From Eledone cirrhosa (taxonomy: Eukaryota): DNA of 64,000 nt. Position 1 is the first letter of the stretch. Every line of letters starts with the position of its first letter. Under the pieces are notes generated by a model, which had not been told where the DNA came from, searched no databases, and saw nothing but the letters and a program-made list of their open reading frames with translations. This document shows positions 51,192-64,000 of this stretch, in pieces. The position numbers and the translations under genes are program-made. The stretch is from positions 1,984,001-2,048,000 of the forward strand of contig OZ024765.1 of assembly GCA_964016885.1 (NCBI GenBank), in the 5' to 3' direction.

Positions 51192-52064
51192 TCTCTATAT
51201 ATATATAAAGTTGTAGTACCTGTCTATTTGTTTGTTCACGAACTCCTCCTATGGTTTTGGAGACCCCCATAACTATATATATTCTGAAACTACATTGCCC
51301 AGGGTACTTGGATAAGTATATTTGAATTTAATCAAGGAGTTCCCCGGGGGCAGGCACAAACCCCCCACTGAAAACCCCCGCTGAAAATATTTTCCCTTCT
51401 ATTTATTTAAAATTTAAACCATAGGTAACTGACAAGATATGATGCCTATTCACAAAATTTAATCAAATTTTAATAATATTAAAACACCCTAATGGAGGTT
51501 AAACCCCCGATTAGGGTTATCCGGTGGCACAAAACCCCGCTGAAAATGTTTTCCCTTCAATTTATATGGAATTTAAACCATAGGTAAATGACAAGATATG
51601 ATGCCTATTCACAAAAGTTTTTAATTGATATTTTGAAAACGATTATTTACAAGAAACAAAATAAGAATAAGATTTAATAATGTAATTTTGATTTGATATA
51701 TTACAAAAAATAATTGTTTCTACTTTAGGCACAAGGCCAGCAATTACCCAGTGCATTACTGGTACTTTATTTTATCGACCCCGTGAGGATGAAAGGCAAA
51801 GTCAACCTTGGCGGAATTTGAACTCAGATCGTAAAGGGACGTAACTATGCTGGAAAGCATGGCGTCCGACCCTCGACCGATTCTGCCAATCCACCACCCT
51901 GTATTACAAAAAATAATGCTTTCCAATTTTTCATGCATTAGATTTTATATTGAAATGCAGAGTTTTTCTCCATAAATTATATCACTGATTTAAAATCAAT
52001 CATCGTTTTCTTAGAAAAAAAAAAAAAAATGTGACATACAGCAAGGCACAGGTAATTCGGATAG
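51192..52064 (+). mobile_element. Probable non-autonomous Helitron
   Basis: A|TCTCTATATATATAAAG...CTGTCTATTTGTTTGTTCACG 5' end; 3' end GCAAGGCACAGGTAATTCGGATAG|T (degenerate hairpin and CTAG). Confidence 0.5.
51711..51900 (-). mobile_element. Full-length tRNA SINE (second family) nested in the Helitron
   Basis: TSD TATTACAAAAAA(A)TAAT on both sides. Confidence 0.9.
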
Positions 52065-52335
52065 TCTTATATAAATATAAGTGTTCGCTCAGAGCTGAAT
52101 TATGTAAGCTCACCTATGTGACATCATTATAAAGTTGTTGAGCCCCAGAGTAAAGTCTGCAGTGAAATGTTTTCACAAATGAGAGTTTAGTACACACATA
52201 CACACAAATATATAAAAAAAATTGGATAAATTTTGTCTGACTATTCTTCAAACTTAAAATGTTATACCCCCCCCCCCCCACACACCCACACACAGACTCA
52301 CACTCGCACACACACACATATATATATAATATATT

Positions 52336-52560
52336 AATAAATGGAAACTATATTTATAAAACCATATTTATTTCATTATACATATTTCAAGGACACCAAA
52401 GCAAATTATGGTGCGCTTTCATCACATAAAATATAATATAGATCAGTTTTATAAATAAATATTGACATACCCTTAAAAGAATGCGACCAATTTGTTGAGT
52501 GCTTTATATCAGTTATAAAAATATTTGCTTGTTGTTTCCCAACAAATTAAATATAATTTC

Positions 52561-52564
<4 letters not shown>
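52336..52564. mobile_element. Family B element with inversion
   Basis: 52336-52490 is colinear with 11731-11870; 52491-52564 is the inverted 11631-11705 segment. Confidence 0.75.
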
Positions 52565-52597
<33 letters not shown>

Positions 52598-52609
52598 CAA
52601 AGTGTATGA

Positions 52610-53178
52610 CCGTTTCGACGGTGACTTTAGTCCAGAAATAGCCGTCGAAACGGCTTGAGCTCTGCCGTCAGGGTCGTTCATGTCTTTCTTAATGTTATTG
52701 CTCCTACTTAAGCTCGACTTCTAAATCATTTGCGTGTTCCATAAACTTCATCTTCGTTTTGTTTCTCAAGAATCTAGACAATATTTTAACCTGTAATCCA
52801 AGTTTCATTTCTGTTGCACCTCATCTCTCTCTCTCCCTCTCTCCTTCAACTCTCTCTTTCTCTCTCCCCCCATCTCTGTGATATTTGAATCTACTAAGAT
52901 TCCAGCTATTTGCACTATCGTATATTTTAGGGAATTGGCTGACCCAATGCTTTGCTTAATTGTTTTATTTATTTAAATTTTTTTTTTATTCTTTCTCTTA
53001 GACACCTGGTAATTTTTGAAAGCAAAGCATTGGCCCCTAGAATACTACAGTGGGCCCTGCAATGCTACCGTGGGCCCCTGTGGCTCACAAGTCACTGTGA
53101 CTTTAGTCCAGAAATAGCCTTCGAAACCGCTTGAGCTCTGCCGTCGGGGTCGTTCATGTCTTTCTTAATGTTATTGCT

Positions 53179-53181
<3 letters not shown>
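52610..53181 (+). mobile_element. Two family A variants as direct repeats (52610-52710 and 53097-53181)
   Basis: GTGACTTTAGTCCAGAAATAGCC(G/T)TCGAAAC...GGGTCGTTCATGTCTTTCTTAATGTTATTGCTCCTA occurs twice. Confidence 0.7.
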
Positions 53182-53231
<50 letters not shown>

Positions 53232-53323
53232 TATATATATACACACACATACGTAATTGCATACATACATATATACATGATAGATCAGTACAAAGATACA
53301 TACGTACACACACACTCACACAG

Positions 53324-53433
<110 letters not shown>

Positions 53434-53782
53434 TAAGAGACTGAAATAAAACTATTTCAATCAAATACTATACTTGCTAAAAACTAAAATTTATAGAGCT
53501 TCAGTTTTCTAAATTTATATTTAGGTGCAAATATTTATATTATATAAAAAGTAAGCCTAGTAAGCCAACAATATATTTTAAAATAAAAATATAATTTCAC
53601 CTACAATTTTGTGCTTATACCGTGGTTTTGTTCCGGCAAAGAAATATATATTAATTAAGAGAATTAATTAATAAATTAAGATGCCGTCAACTCAACAGTA
53701 AGTATTGTCTTAAAACATACCTTATAGCTTTTACAAGAAAATTTAAGTGAAATATCTCGAGATGTTGTATGTCTCCTCGACA

Positions 53783-53828
<46 letters not shown>

Positions 53829-54101
53829 AAAATTTGGACTGTGAACAACAATTATAATTGAGTGGCTGCTATTTGCAGTATAGCAATATAAGGTTGCACT
53901 TACCAATGAAACGGTCGTAAATACCTGGATAAAATCCTTCTCTTAATGCTTACCTGTGTTTTCTCTTTTATACTTTATACTCCAAGATTGAACGGAATTC
54001 TTACAAACTTGTGGAGTTACCCCTAACCGTACGTTGAAACCATCCATGAAACTGGCTTTCTTAACCACGAACTGGATCACAAAAAGCAATTTTTTGCTTC
54101 T

Positions 54102-54168
<67 letters not shown>

Positions 54169-54170
<2 letters not shown>

Positions 54171-54366
54171 ACGAAGGAAAAGTGGTAAGGAACCAGGTGG
54201 ACCATAACGCACCAAAGTACTCAATACTGGAAGTAGTAGAGTGGGTAATAGGAACCAGTAAGACCCCGACAGCTGAGCTCAAGCCGTTTCGACGGCTAAT
54301 TCTGTCAGAATTAGCAGAATTAGCCGTCGAAACGGCTTGAGCTCAGCTGTCGGGGTCTTACTGGTT

Positions 54367-54371
<5 letters not shown>
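54169..54371. mobile_element. Family A element with fold-back
   Basis: 54248-54304 inverted at 54317-54371. Confidence 0.88.
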
Positions 54372-54442
<71 letters not shown>

Positions 54443-54464
54443 AATATATATATATATATTTAAA

Positions 54465-54610
54465 GGATCCATCGATCGACTTTCGTCAAATCGGACCGAG
54501 GAAACAATGTTTCCGTCGGTCTTTCCAGTTGCTAGTACTATCTATCGATCACAACTCCAGGTAGAAGGAGCAACGTGAAATAAAGGGTCTTGCTCAAGAA
54601 CATAACGCAT
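54465..54610 (-). mobile_element. CORE SINE with an alternative 3' body
   Basis: Core TTCTTGAGCAAGACCCTTTATTTCACGTTGCTCC then a GACCGA-GGAAAC/GTTTCC-TCGGTC hairpin; decayed relatives at 4518-4645 and 60030-60125. Confidence 0.65.
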
Positions 54611-54726
54611 ATATATACAGTAAATATATATATACAATATATATATATATATATACAATAAATATATATACAATAAATATATATACATGGATATATATGT
54701 ACATGCACAATATCTATATAAATAAG

Positions 54727-54882
54727 ATATGGTGGCTGCCAACTCGTTTTCGAGTACGGCCACTACTTTATATACATGTAGGAGAACCCCTACCGATGCG
54801 CTGAACGAGTGTGACTTTTTAGTCCAGCCAGCGACTTGAAAACTCTGGTACAAACACTACACTTGTGACAATTACTGACACA
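54727..54882 (-). mobile_element. RTE-like LINE 3' end with C-terminal C2H2 finger
   Basis: [23 protein letters not shown] then a short UTR ending ACTCG..CGAGTTGGCAGCCACCAT. Confidence 0.7.
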
Positions 54883-54912
54883 TAAGATATATGTATATAT
54901 ATATATATATAT

Positions 54913-54979
<67 letters not shown>

Positions 54980-55244
54980 TGTATATATATATATATATAT
55001 ACACATATATATATATATATACACACACACATATATATATATATATACACACACATATATATATATATATATACACACACATATATATATACACACACAC
55101 ATATATATATATATATATACACACACATATATATATATATATATACACACACACATATATATATATATATACACACACACATATATATATATATACACAC
55201 ACATATATATATATATATACACACACACATATATATATATATAT

Positions 55245-55297
<53 letters not shown>

Positions 55298-55407
55298 TAT
55301 ATATATACACACATATATATATATATATACACACATATATATATATACACACACATATATATATATATATACACACACACATATATATACATATATACAC
55401 ACACACG

Positions 55408-55453
<46 letters not shown>

Positions 55454-55594
55454 CACACACACATATATATATATACACACACACATATATATACACACAC
55501 ACACATATATATATATACACACACACACATATATATATACACACACGCACACACATATATATACACACACATACATATATATATACACGCACAC

Positions 55595-55639
<45 letters not shown>

Positions 55640-55872
55640 CATACACACACATACACATTTATATATACATACACACATACACACACATACACATATATAT
55701 ATACACACACACATACACATATATACACACACATGTACACACATACACACATATACACGCACAGACACACACACATATATATATATATACACACACACAC
55801 ATATTTATATATATATATGTACACAGAGACATATAACTACATACAATACAAACACACACAGACATATATAAT

Positions 55873-55914
<42 letters not shown>

Positions 55915-56885
55915 ATCAAAGAAAGCTAATGTATACATACAGTAAATGTATGTATACACTGCAAACAGTGTGATGGAATCTTCTAACGTTTCCATAGATT
56001 ACGTCGCCATCTTGGATAATAGATCAGCGAAGATTTGGCATTACACTATTTCCTAGTAAAGCTAATTGTCCAAGACTTGCTGCCAACAGACATAGCAACA
56101 ATCAGGCAATGACACGTGTAGCTTAAGCTTAGTGAAGTGGTGTTGTTGCTTGTGGTGGTGGTGGTGGTAGTTGGTGTATGGGTATTTATGTGTTGGAAAG
56201 AATGACGAAAAGTGAAGATCTTTATATTTAATTAATGGTAATTTCAGATCTAGAATTAATAATAATTGCGGATTTACTAGAAGCCGCTTAACTAGCTCTT
56301 ATAAAAATTAGTGCTTATCAAAAGCTAAGTGTTGTGGGGGAGAAAAAACCCCGAATACACCTGCGTAACTAAAAGTGGATTAGGTGAAACTCGATAAATA
56401 AGAAGTGAAATGTACTGTAAGGGGAGCTAACTATGTGTACAGAGTCTCGTTGTAGTCTTCGGTTGGCAGTTCGGAATTACATCTCGTGAATTCCTTGGTT
56501 TTACCCTCGTTTATGTCAGGTCACTCTTAATCCAGTACAACCTGTCGCATGGTTGGGTCGTCGCCGACTAAACCGGCAACCCCACCAAATTTACTTGGTG
56601 AGGAGGGTGGTTTAACCGCGCGATCGGGTGTCCAGCCCGACTATTTCTATGTCCCCGCGCATATACATACACGTGCACCCATTATATATTATATATATAT
56701 ATTATATATATATATATATAATATATATATTATATATATATTATATATATATATATATTATATATATATATATATTATATATATAATATATATTATATAT
56801 ATTATATATATTATATATATATATTATATATATATAATATATATATATATATAATATATATATATAATATATATATATATATAAT

Positions 56886-56919
<34 letters not shown>

Positions 56920-56923
56920 ATAT

Positions 56924-56957
<34 letters not shown>

Positions 56958-57560
56958 ATAGCTCTAGACTTAGCTATTGACCAGTTAATTTTATTGTTCA
57001 TTTTTTGTCGATTCTATTAAATGATGAATAGCTCCTGTTTATTTTAACATGTCTATTGAGCACTCTTATTCGATATGTGATTTTCCACATTCCCGAATAT
57101 TTTTCGTGGATATAGAGGTTATCTCCCTTGCTGGATTCCATGTGCGTTTTCAGCTAGGGTTGGCTTTTTTATTCGTCTGGACAAAGCTCGTTGATAAAGT
57201 ATTTCCTGTCCGCCGCTCTCTAGAAGTCTTATATATTTTTATGTGGGCTGATAGTGGGCGGTTTAAGGATTTACAGAAACCCAAGAAGCTAGATTTACCA
57301 TCTTTCTAGTGGGTCCGGGTAAGCTTTTTACATTCACATGATTTATTGATTTATTGATATTTTATCTGAGTGACCCGAATCTTCCTGATCGTAATTTTTC
57401 GGTCGTATGGTTGATTTTAGACATAATCTATGTGTGTTGGTATTTTAACGATAGTTATAGCTCTGATTTCTCCGAATTATTGAGCCCTCTGCCACTCATG
57501 TCGAATTTTGTTTATCGTGAACTCGTGCGCCGATTTTTCGATACTCGATTATTCTACTAT
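56958..57560 (-). mobile_element. Possible decayed Penelope GIY-YIG region
   Basis: Frameshifted remnants (ECGKS, RI, GAIHH, NNKINWSIAK) resemble the Penelope endonuclease; flanked by (TA)n. Confidence 0.35.
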
Positions 57561-57582
57561 AATATATATATATATATATTAT

Positions 57583-57660
<78 letters not shown>

Positions 57661-57728
57661 ATATATATATATAATATATATATATATATATTATATATAT
57701 ATATATATAATATATATATATATATATA

Positions 57729-57760
<32 letters not shown>

Positions 57761-57796
57761 ATATATATATATATAATATATATATATATATATAAT

Positions 57797-58120
<324 letters not shown>

Positions 58121-58414
58121 TATATCAAGAAAGAAAGAGAGAGCGAGCGAGAGAGAGAGAGAAAACAAACATTAACCCCCCCCCCCCCCCCCCCATGAAA
58201 AAAATGACAATTTATTATGAAGACGATAGTAAAGTGACTTTCCCGCCGCTCAAATGTAGATTTGCCTTCTTAAGTAAAATCACAAAATATTTAACTATAT
58301 TTAGAGACGGCCATTAATATTACTTTGACGACAAAGTGTTGTTGTTAACGGCTCAATCTCACCTAATACTAACGAATTTTGACAGATTTGTTCTGTTTCA
58401 ATTTAAATATAAGA

Positions 58415-58465
<51 letters not shown>

Positions 58466-58467
58466 GT

Positions 58468-58680
58468 AGGTCCCGGGTTGAGTCGGGGATAACCACAGTA
58501 AGTAAGGTACTCAATACATGGCAGAGTAAAATTTTTTTATTTTATAGAAGGAGCTTCTACAGGACTAGTACTGTTTCATTCAGATGAAATCTTCAGGAAG
58601 CTTCCTGAAGATTTCATCTGAATGAAACAGTACTAGTCCTGTAGAAGCTCCTTCTATAAAATAAAAAATAAAAAAATATA
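58468..58680. mobile_element. Family D element forming a perfect palindrome with two back-to-back hammerhead-like motifs
   Basis: Centre GGAAG|CTTCC at 58600/58601; CTGAAGA-TTTC(ATCT)GAAT-GAAAC-AGTACTA-GTC on both strands. Confidence 0.8.
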
Positions 58681-58992
58681 TATATATATATATATATATA
58701 TAAGTTGTAATAAAATGAAAACGAAATTTCATTTCTCACTCTCAGTATACATACATACTTACATACATATATATATATCTTACACATATATGCACATTTA
58801 TATATATATACATATATATACACATTTATATGTACATATATACAGATATATGAACATATATATATATATATATATACACATACACACAAAGACACACATA
58901 TAGGTGTGTGTGTAGCAAATATACATATATAAATATATAAATGTAAGATGTAAATAACACACACACACACTCTCTCTCTCATATATATATGT

Positions 58993-59050
<58 letters not shown>

Positions 59051-59057
59051 GTACTTT

Positions 59058-59121
<64 letters not shown>

Positions 59122-59187
59122 TATAAATATATATGAGTATGAAATTTCGTTTCATTTTTTACGTTTAAATATATATGTATATATATG

Positions 59188-59264
<77 letters not shown>

Positions 59265-59299
59265 CGTTTCTGAATTTGTTTAGCATTTCTAAATGTTTA

Positions 59300-59420
59300 G
59301 CATTTCTAAATGCTTTTCAAAATAATTTTGAGATAGAGCGTCCGTGATGTTTGCTCAGATCAGAGCAAACATCACGGACGCTCTATCTCAAAATTATTTT
59401 TGAAAAGCATTTAGAAATGC
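59300..59420. repeat. ~120-bp palindrome
   Basis: GCATTTCTAAATGCTTTTCAAAA...TTTGCTC / GAGCAAA...TTTTGAAAAGCATTTAGAAATGC. Confidence 0.9.
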
Positions 59421-59581
59421 GCAACTGGTAAAAACTTAAAACCAAAACTGAATACTAACCAATACAATTACTAATTCTCATTTATTCCTAATTAAACTAT
59501 TTTTCACTGTGAACAATTTGCTAGCATTTTCTATTCCGTTTACCAATATATAATAACTTGTGTGTTACACCTTTATTCTTT

Positions 59582-59682
<101 letters not shown>

Positions 59683-59695
59683 TAAAATAACAGAT

Positions 59696-59738
<43 letters not shown>

Positions 59739-60130
59739 ACACACATAATATATATGTGAGATTATATTTATACTGGCGGGCTTTAATAGCGAATGGAGTT
59801 TTATCTTTTGACGAATTCATTGCTTAAAATCTGTATTAAAAGGACTGCGCCGCTGGAAATAGGAAAATTCTTCCATATTTGCATCTGAGGATTATTTCTT
59901 TATCAGTCACTCTGCTGACACATTCCTTTCACAGATCATATTGGTACCCGCTTGAGGCACAAGGCAAGCAAATTATTGTCTGGAAGCACACAGTTTACTA
60001 AATAATCCTCACTACTATAAAATGCATGAATTTCCTTGGTCTGATCTGATGATCAACTCCTTTCTTCTGTCAGGAGTTGTGACTGACAGATAGTATCAGT
60101 AATGGAAACATTATTTCCTTGGTGTGATCT

Positions 60131-60540
60131 GAGACATTCTAACCACATGTCCATAGTATCCGAGCTGTGATCTCTCAAAATGGAGAAGTAGTGGCTCTAC
60201 CTGAAGTGACTCTCAGATCTCTGAGCTACAAATCTGTTCAGTGATTCTTTCCTGAGACATTCTAACCACATGTCCATAGTATCAGAGCTGTGATCTCTCA
60301 AAATGGAGAAGTAGTGGCTCTACCTGAAGTGACTCTCAGATCTCTGAGCTACAAATCTGTCCAGCGATTCTTTCCTGAGACATTCTAACCACATGTCCAT
60401 AGTATCGGAGCTGTGCTATTTCTCTGAATTGAGAGATCACAACTCTGATACTATGGACATGTGGTTAGAATGTCTCAGGAAAGAATCACTGGACAGATTT
60501 GTAGCTCAGTTACCTGAAGTTACTCTCTGATCTCCGAGCT
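60131..60540. repeat. 123-bp tandem repeat (2.3 copies) ending in an inverted copy
   Basis: GAGACATTCT at 60131, 60254, 60377; inverted copy at 60430-60508. Confidence 0.9.
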
Positions 60541-60559
60541 AATATATAATGGTTTCTTT

Positions 60560-60762
60560 TATAAGCATAAGGCCAACAATTTTGGGGGAGGGGAAGTCGA
60601 TTAAATCAACCCCAGTGCGTGACTGGTACTTTATTTTATCGACCCCGTAAGGATGAAAGGCAAAGTTAACCTCGGCGGGATTTGAACTCAGACCATAAAG
60701 GGTCGTAACTCTATGCTGCAGAGCATGGTGTCCGACCCTCTACTGATACTGCCAAGCCACCG
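60560..60762 (-). mobile_element. tRNA SINE (second family)
   Basis: GGTACTTTATTTTATCGACCCCGTAAGGATGAAAGGC...GGATTTGAACTC. Confidence 0.88.
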
Positions 60763-61175
60763 GAATTTCTCTGAGCAAATATATAATACCAGTTAAATGC
60801 TGGGGTTAATCTAATCGATATTTTCCAAACACCCTATTGCTGCCCTTGATCCTAAATTAGAAATCAATAATACCTCCTAATTTGTGATATAGGTGCAATC
60901 GATTAGGATGAAGCCAATGTTTGTTTGGTTCTCAGGTATTATCGATTAGTGTTACAAGGTCACATGGATGTGGTGGTGGTGTTGTGGTGGTGGTGGTGGT
61001 GGTGGTTGTAGTGGTGGTGGTGGCGTAGTGGTGGTGGTGATGGTAGTGGTGGTGGAGTAGGGGTGGTGGTAGTAGTGGTGGTGGTGGTGGTGGCGTAGTG
61101 GTGGTGGTGGTAGTGGTGGTGGTGGTTGTGGTAGTAGTGGTGGTGGTGGTGGTAGTAGTTGTGGTGGTAGTAGTG

Positions 61176-61209
<34 letters not shown>

Positions 61210-61352
61210 AAGTGGTGGTAGTGGTAGTAGTAGTACTAGTAGTAGTAGTAGTAGTAATAGTGGTGGTAGTAGTAGTAGTAGTAGAAGTGGTGGTAGTGGT
61301 AGTAGTAGTAGTAGTAATAGTGGTGGTAGTAGTAGTGGTAGTGGTAGTAGTG

Positions 61353-61401
<49 letters not shown>

Positions 61402-61708
61402 TATTAGTAGTAGTAGCGGGGAATCTACAAGATACACAAAACTAAGATGGCGAATATGTGTGAAATATGTCAAGGGTTTGCTTGTAAGAGTGTGAGCTGT
61501 ACGTGTGGCCCATATATGGGTATAACACATACACACACACCCACATGCATATATATATATATACATATATATACATATATACATATATATACGTACATAT
61601 ATATATACATACATATATACATACATACACACATATATATATACATATATACATACATACATACATATATACATATATACATATATACATACATACATAC
61701 ATATATAC

Positions 61709-61739
<31 letters not shown>

Positions 61740-61776
61740 CATATATATATACATACATACATATATATAGACATAC

Positions 61777-61810
<34 letters not shown>

Positions 61811-61856
61811 CTATATATATATACATACATATATATACATATATATATATATATAA

Positions 61857-61905
<49 letters not shown>

Positions 61906-61918
61906 TATACATACATAC

Positions 61919-61951
<33 letters not shown>

Positions 61952-61966
61952 CATATATATATATAC

Positions 61967-62013
<47 letters not shown>

Positions 62014-62014
62014 A

Positions 62015-62084
<70 letters not shown>

Positions 62085-62147
62085 TCATGTGTATATATGT
62101 ATGTATAGGCATGTGCACGCACGTATGTCTGTATCTATCTATATGTA

Positions 62148-62212
<65 letters not shown>

Positions 62213-62626
62213 CTGTGTATATATGTATGTATACAGGTATGTGTGTGTCTGCACACATACATATGTATTTGTACTTTTGCACACACACACACACATTTAT
62301 CTATATAGAAATACATACATACATATACACTATTACATACATATATACACATTTACACACACACCACCCACCACCACCACCACCCACTCCAGTATTAATG
62401 GCTACCAATAACCATCTGTTCACGCTCTCCACAGTTGGAAGGTAAAAATGTCAATTTACAGTATTTTTTCTTACATTTTCTCTTTTAAATATTTATCTTT
62501 TTATTCTTTTCTATCTCGGATTCAAGCTTTCATTTGTATCGTCTCTTGGTGTACACATACACACATACACACACATACATACACACATACATACACACAC
62601 ATATATATATATATGAATATATATAT

Positions 62627-62661
<35 letters not shown>

Positions 62662-62729
62662 AATATATATACATATATATATATATGTGTGTGTATGTGT
62701 ATATATGAATGTATATAAATATATATATA

Positions 62730-62773
<44 letters not shown>

Positions 62774-62923
62774 TATATATATGCATATATATAAATATAT
62801 ATATATGCATATATATAAATATATATATATGCATATATATAAATATATATATATATGCATATATATATATATATATGAATATATTTATATGTATATATAT
62901 ATATTCATATATATATATATATA

Positions 62924-62965
<42 letters not shown>

Positions 62966-63001
62966 GAAAAAATGAAACGAAATTTCATTTCTCACTCTTA
63001 G

Positions 63002-63044
<43 letters not shown>

Positions 63045-63122
63045 TAGAAACGATCGTTAAATAATGAACTTTTTTTGTTTAATATAAGGAACTGTTTCAT
63101 TGTTTTATTCATTATTTTTTTA

Positions 63123-63164
<42 letters not shown>

Positions 63165-63488
63165 TATATGACCCTCCCAAAGTATAACAATATATATATA
63201 TGAATATATATATATAAAGAGAGAGAGAGATATCTACAGCTGTGTATGTTTAAAGGAATTTCTATACAACTGGCTTATTAGTCATATTATATAAGATTGA
63301 TCCACCACCTTGGCTTAAAGCGGATTCTGTGACCTGGTCATGTTTTTCCACAGACGCCATATTCATAGATTTATTATACACACACACACACACACACACA
63401 CACTCATATATATATATATATATATAGTTTAAGGAAATGACAATATAGAGGTATAAAAAATCATAGATACATTTATACACACACACAC

Positions 63489-63569
<81 letters not shown>

Positions 63570-63762
63570 AAGTGTTAAAACGATCAAATTTTAGTTTAGA
63601 ACATTTATTTGCTGACAATTGTTTCTTCCAGAGGGAAGTCTGGAATCATCGGAGCATAGGGAATGTCGAAACATGTGACTAAAATGCTAGTCATTCAGAA
63701 CATTTAGGGTACATAATTGTTTTTAGTGTCAAAGGCATCATTATTACACACACACACACATA

Positions 63763-63819
<57 letters not shown>

Positions 63820-63828
<9 letters not shown>

Positions 63829-64000
63829 TGCAAACTCTGAAAAGAGTATTGCAATTGCTTGTCAGATTCACATGTGGGACACTCGAATATGGCTTTTCAA
63901 GCCTGCTAGAGACTTGCACACCTTCGCACATTGGCCACAACTATGGATCTGCCTGGCCTCAAGTCTTGCAGGGGGTTGCCTGTAAAGCTTCTCGACCTCT
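63820..64000 (-). mobile_element. RTE-like LINE 3' end with C-terminal C2H2 finger (runs off the window)
   Basis: [25 protein letters not shown] then a UTR ending ACTCT..AGAGTTTGCAGCCATCAT and (AT)n. Confidence 0.72.

Noticed and set aside
54790-54882. Host C2H2 zinc-finger gene exon (also 63870-64000)
   Set aside because: Single terminal finger followed by a stop, a shared short UTR and (AT)n; fits a LINE ORF end.

Overview
AT-rich eukaryotic intronic/intergenic DNA with a heavy load of (TA)n, (CA)n, (GGT)n and (TAG)n microsatellites. The repeat repertoire suggests a cephalopod (octopus-like) genome; this is an inference. Nearly all ORFs in the supplied track are translations of simple repeats, and no host gene could be recognised with confidence. 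The informative sequence is mobile DNA: fragments of at least three RTE-clade LINE lineages, tRNA/CORE SINEs carrying an RTE-derived tail, a second tRNA SINE, Tx1/L1-like and CR1-like 3' ends, Tc1/mariner- and piggyBac-like MITEs, and a probable Helitron. The most notable signal is a dense set of short elements embedded in (TA)n that carry minimal hammerhead-ribozyme motifs (Penelope pLTR/retrozyme-like, at least 6 unrelated families). Many of them are fold-back palindromes whose inverted arm rejoins the (TA)n tract at a fixed TAT microhomology. An RTE copy shows the same TA-primed inversion architecture. Several SINE/LINE sub-domains have also expanded into minisatellites. All coordinates were read by eye and repeat boundaries are approximate.
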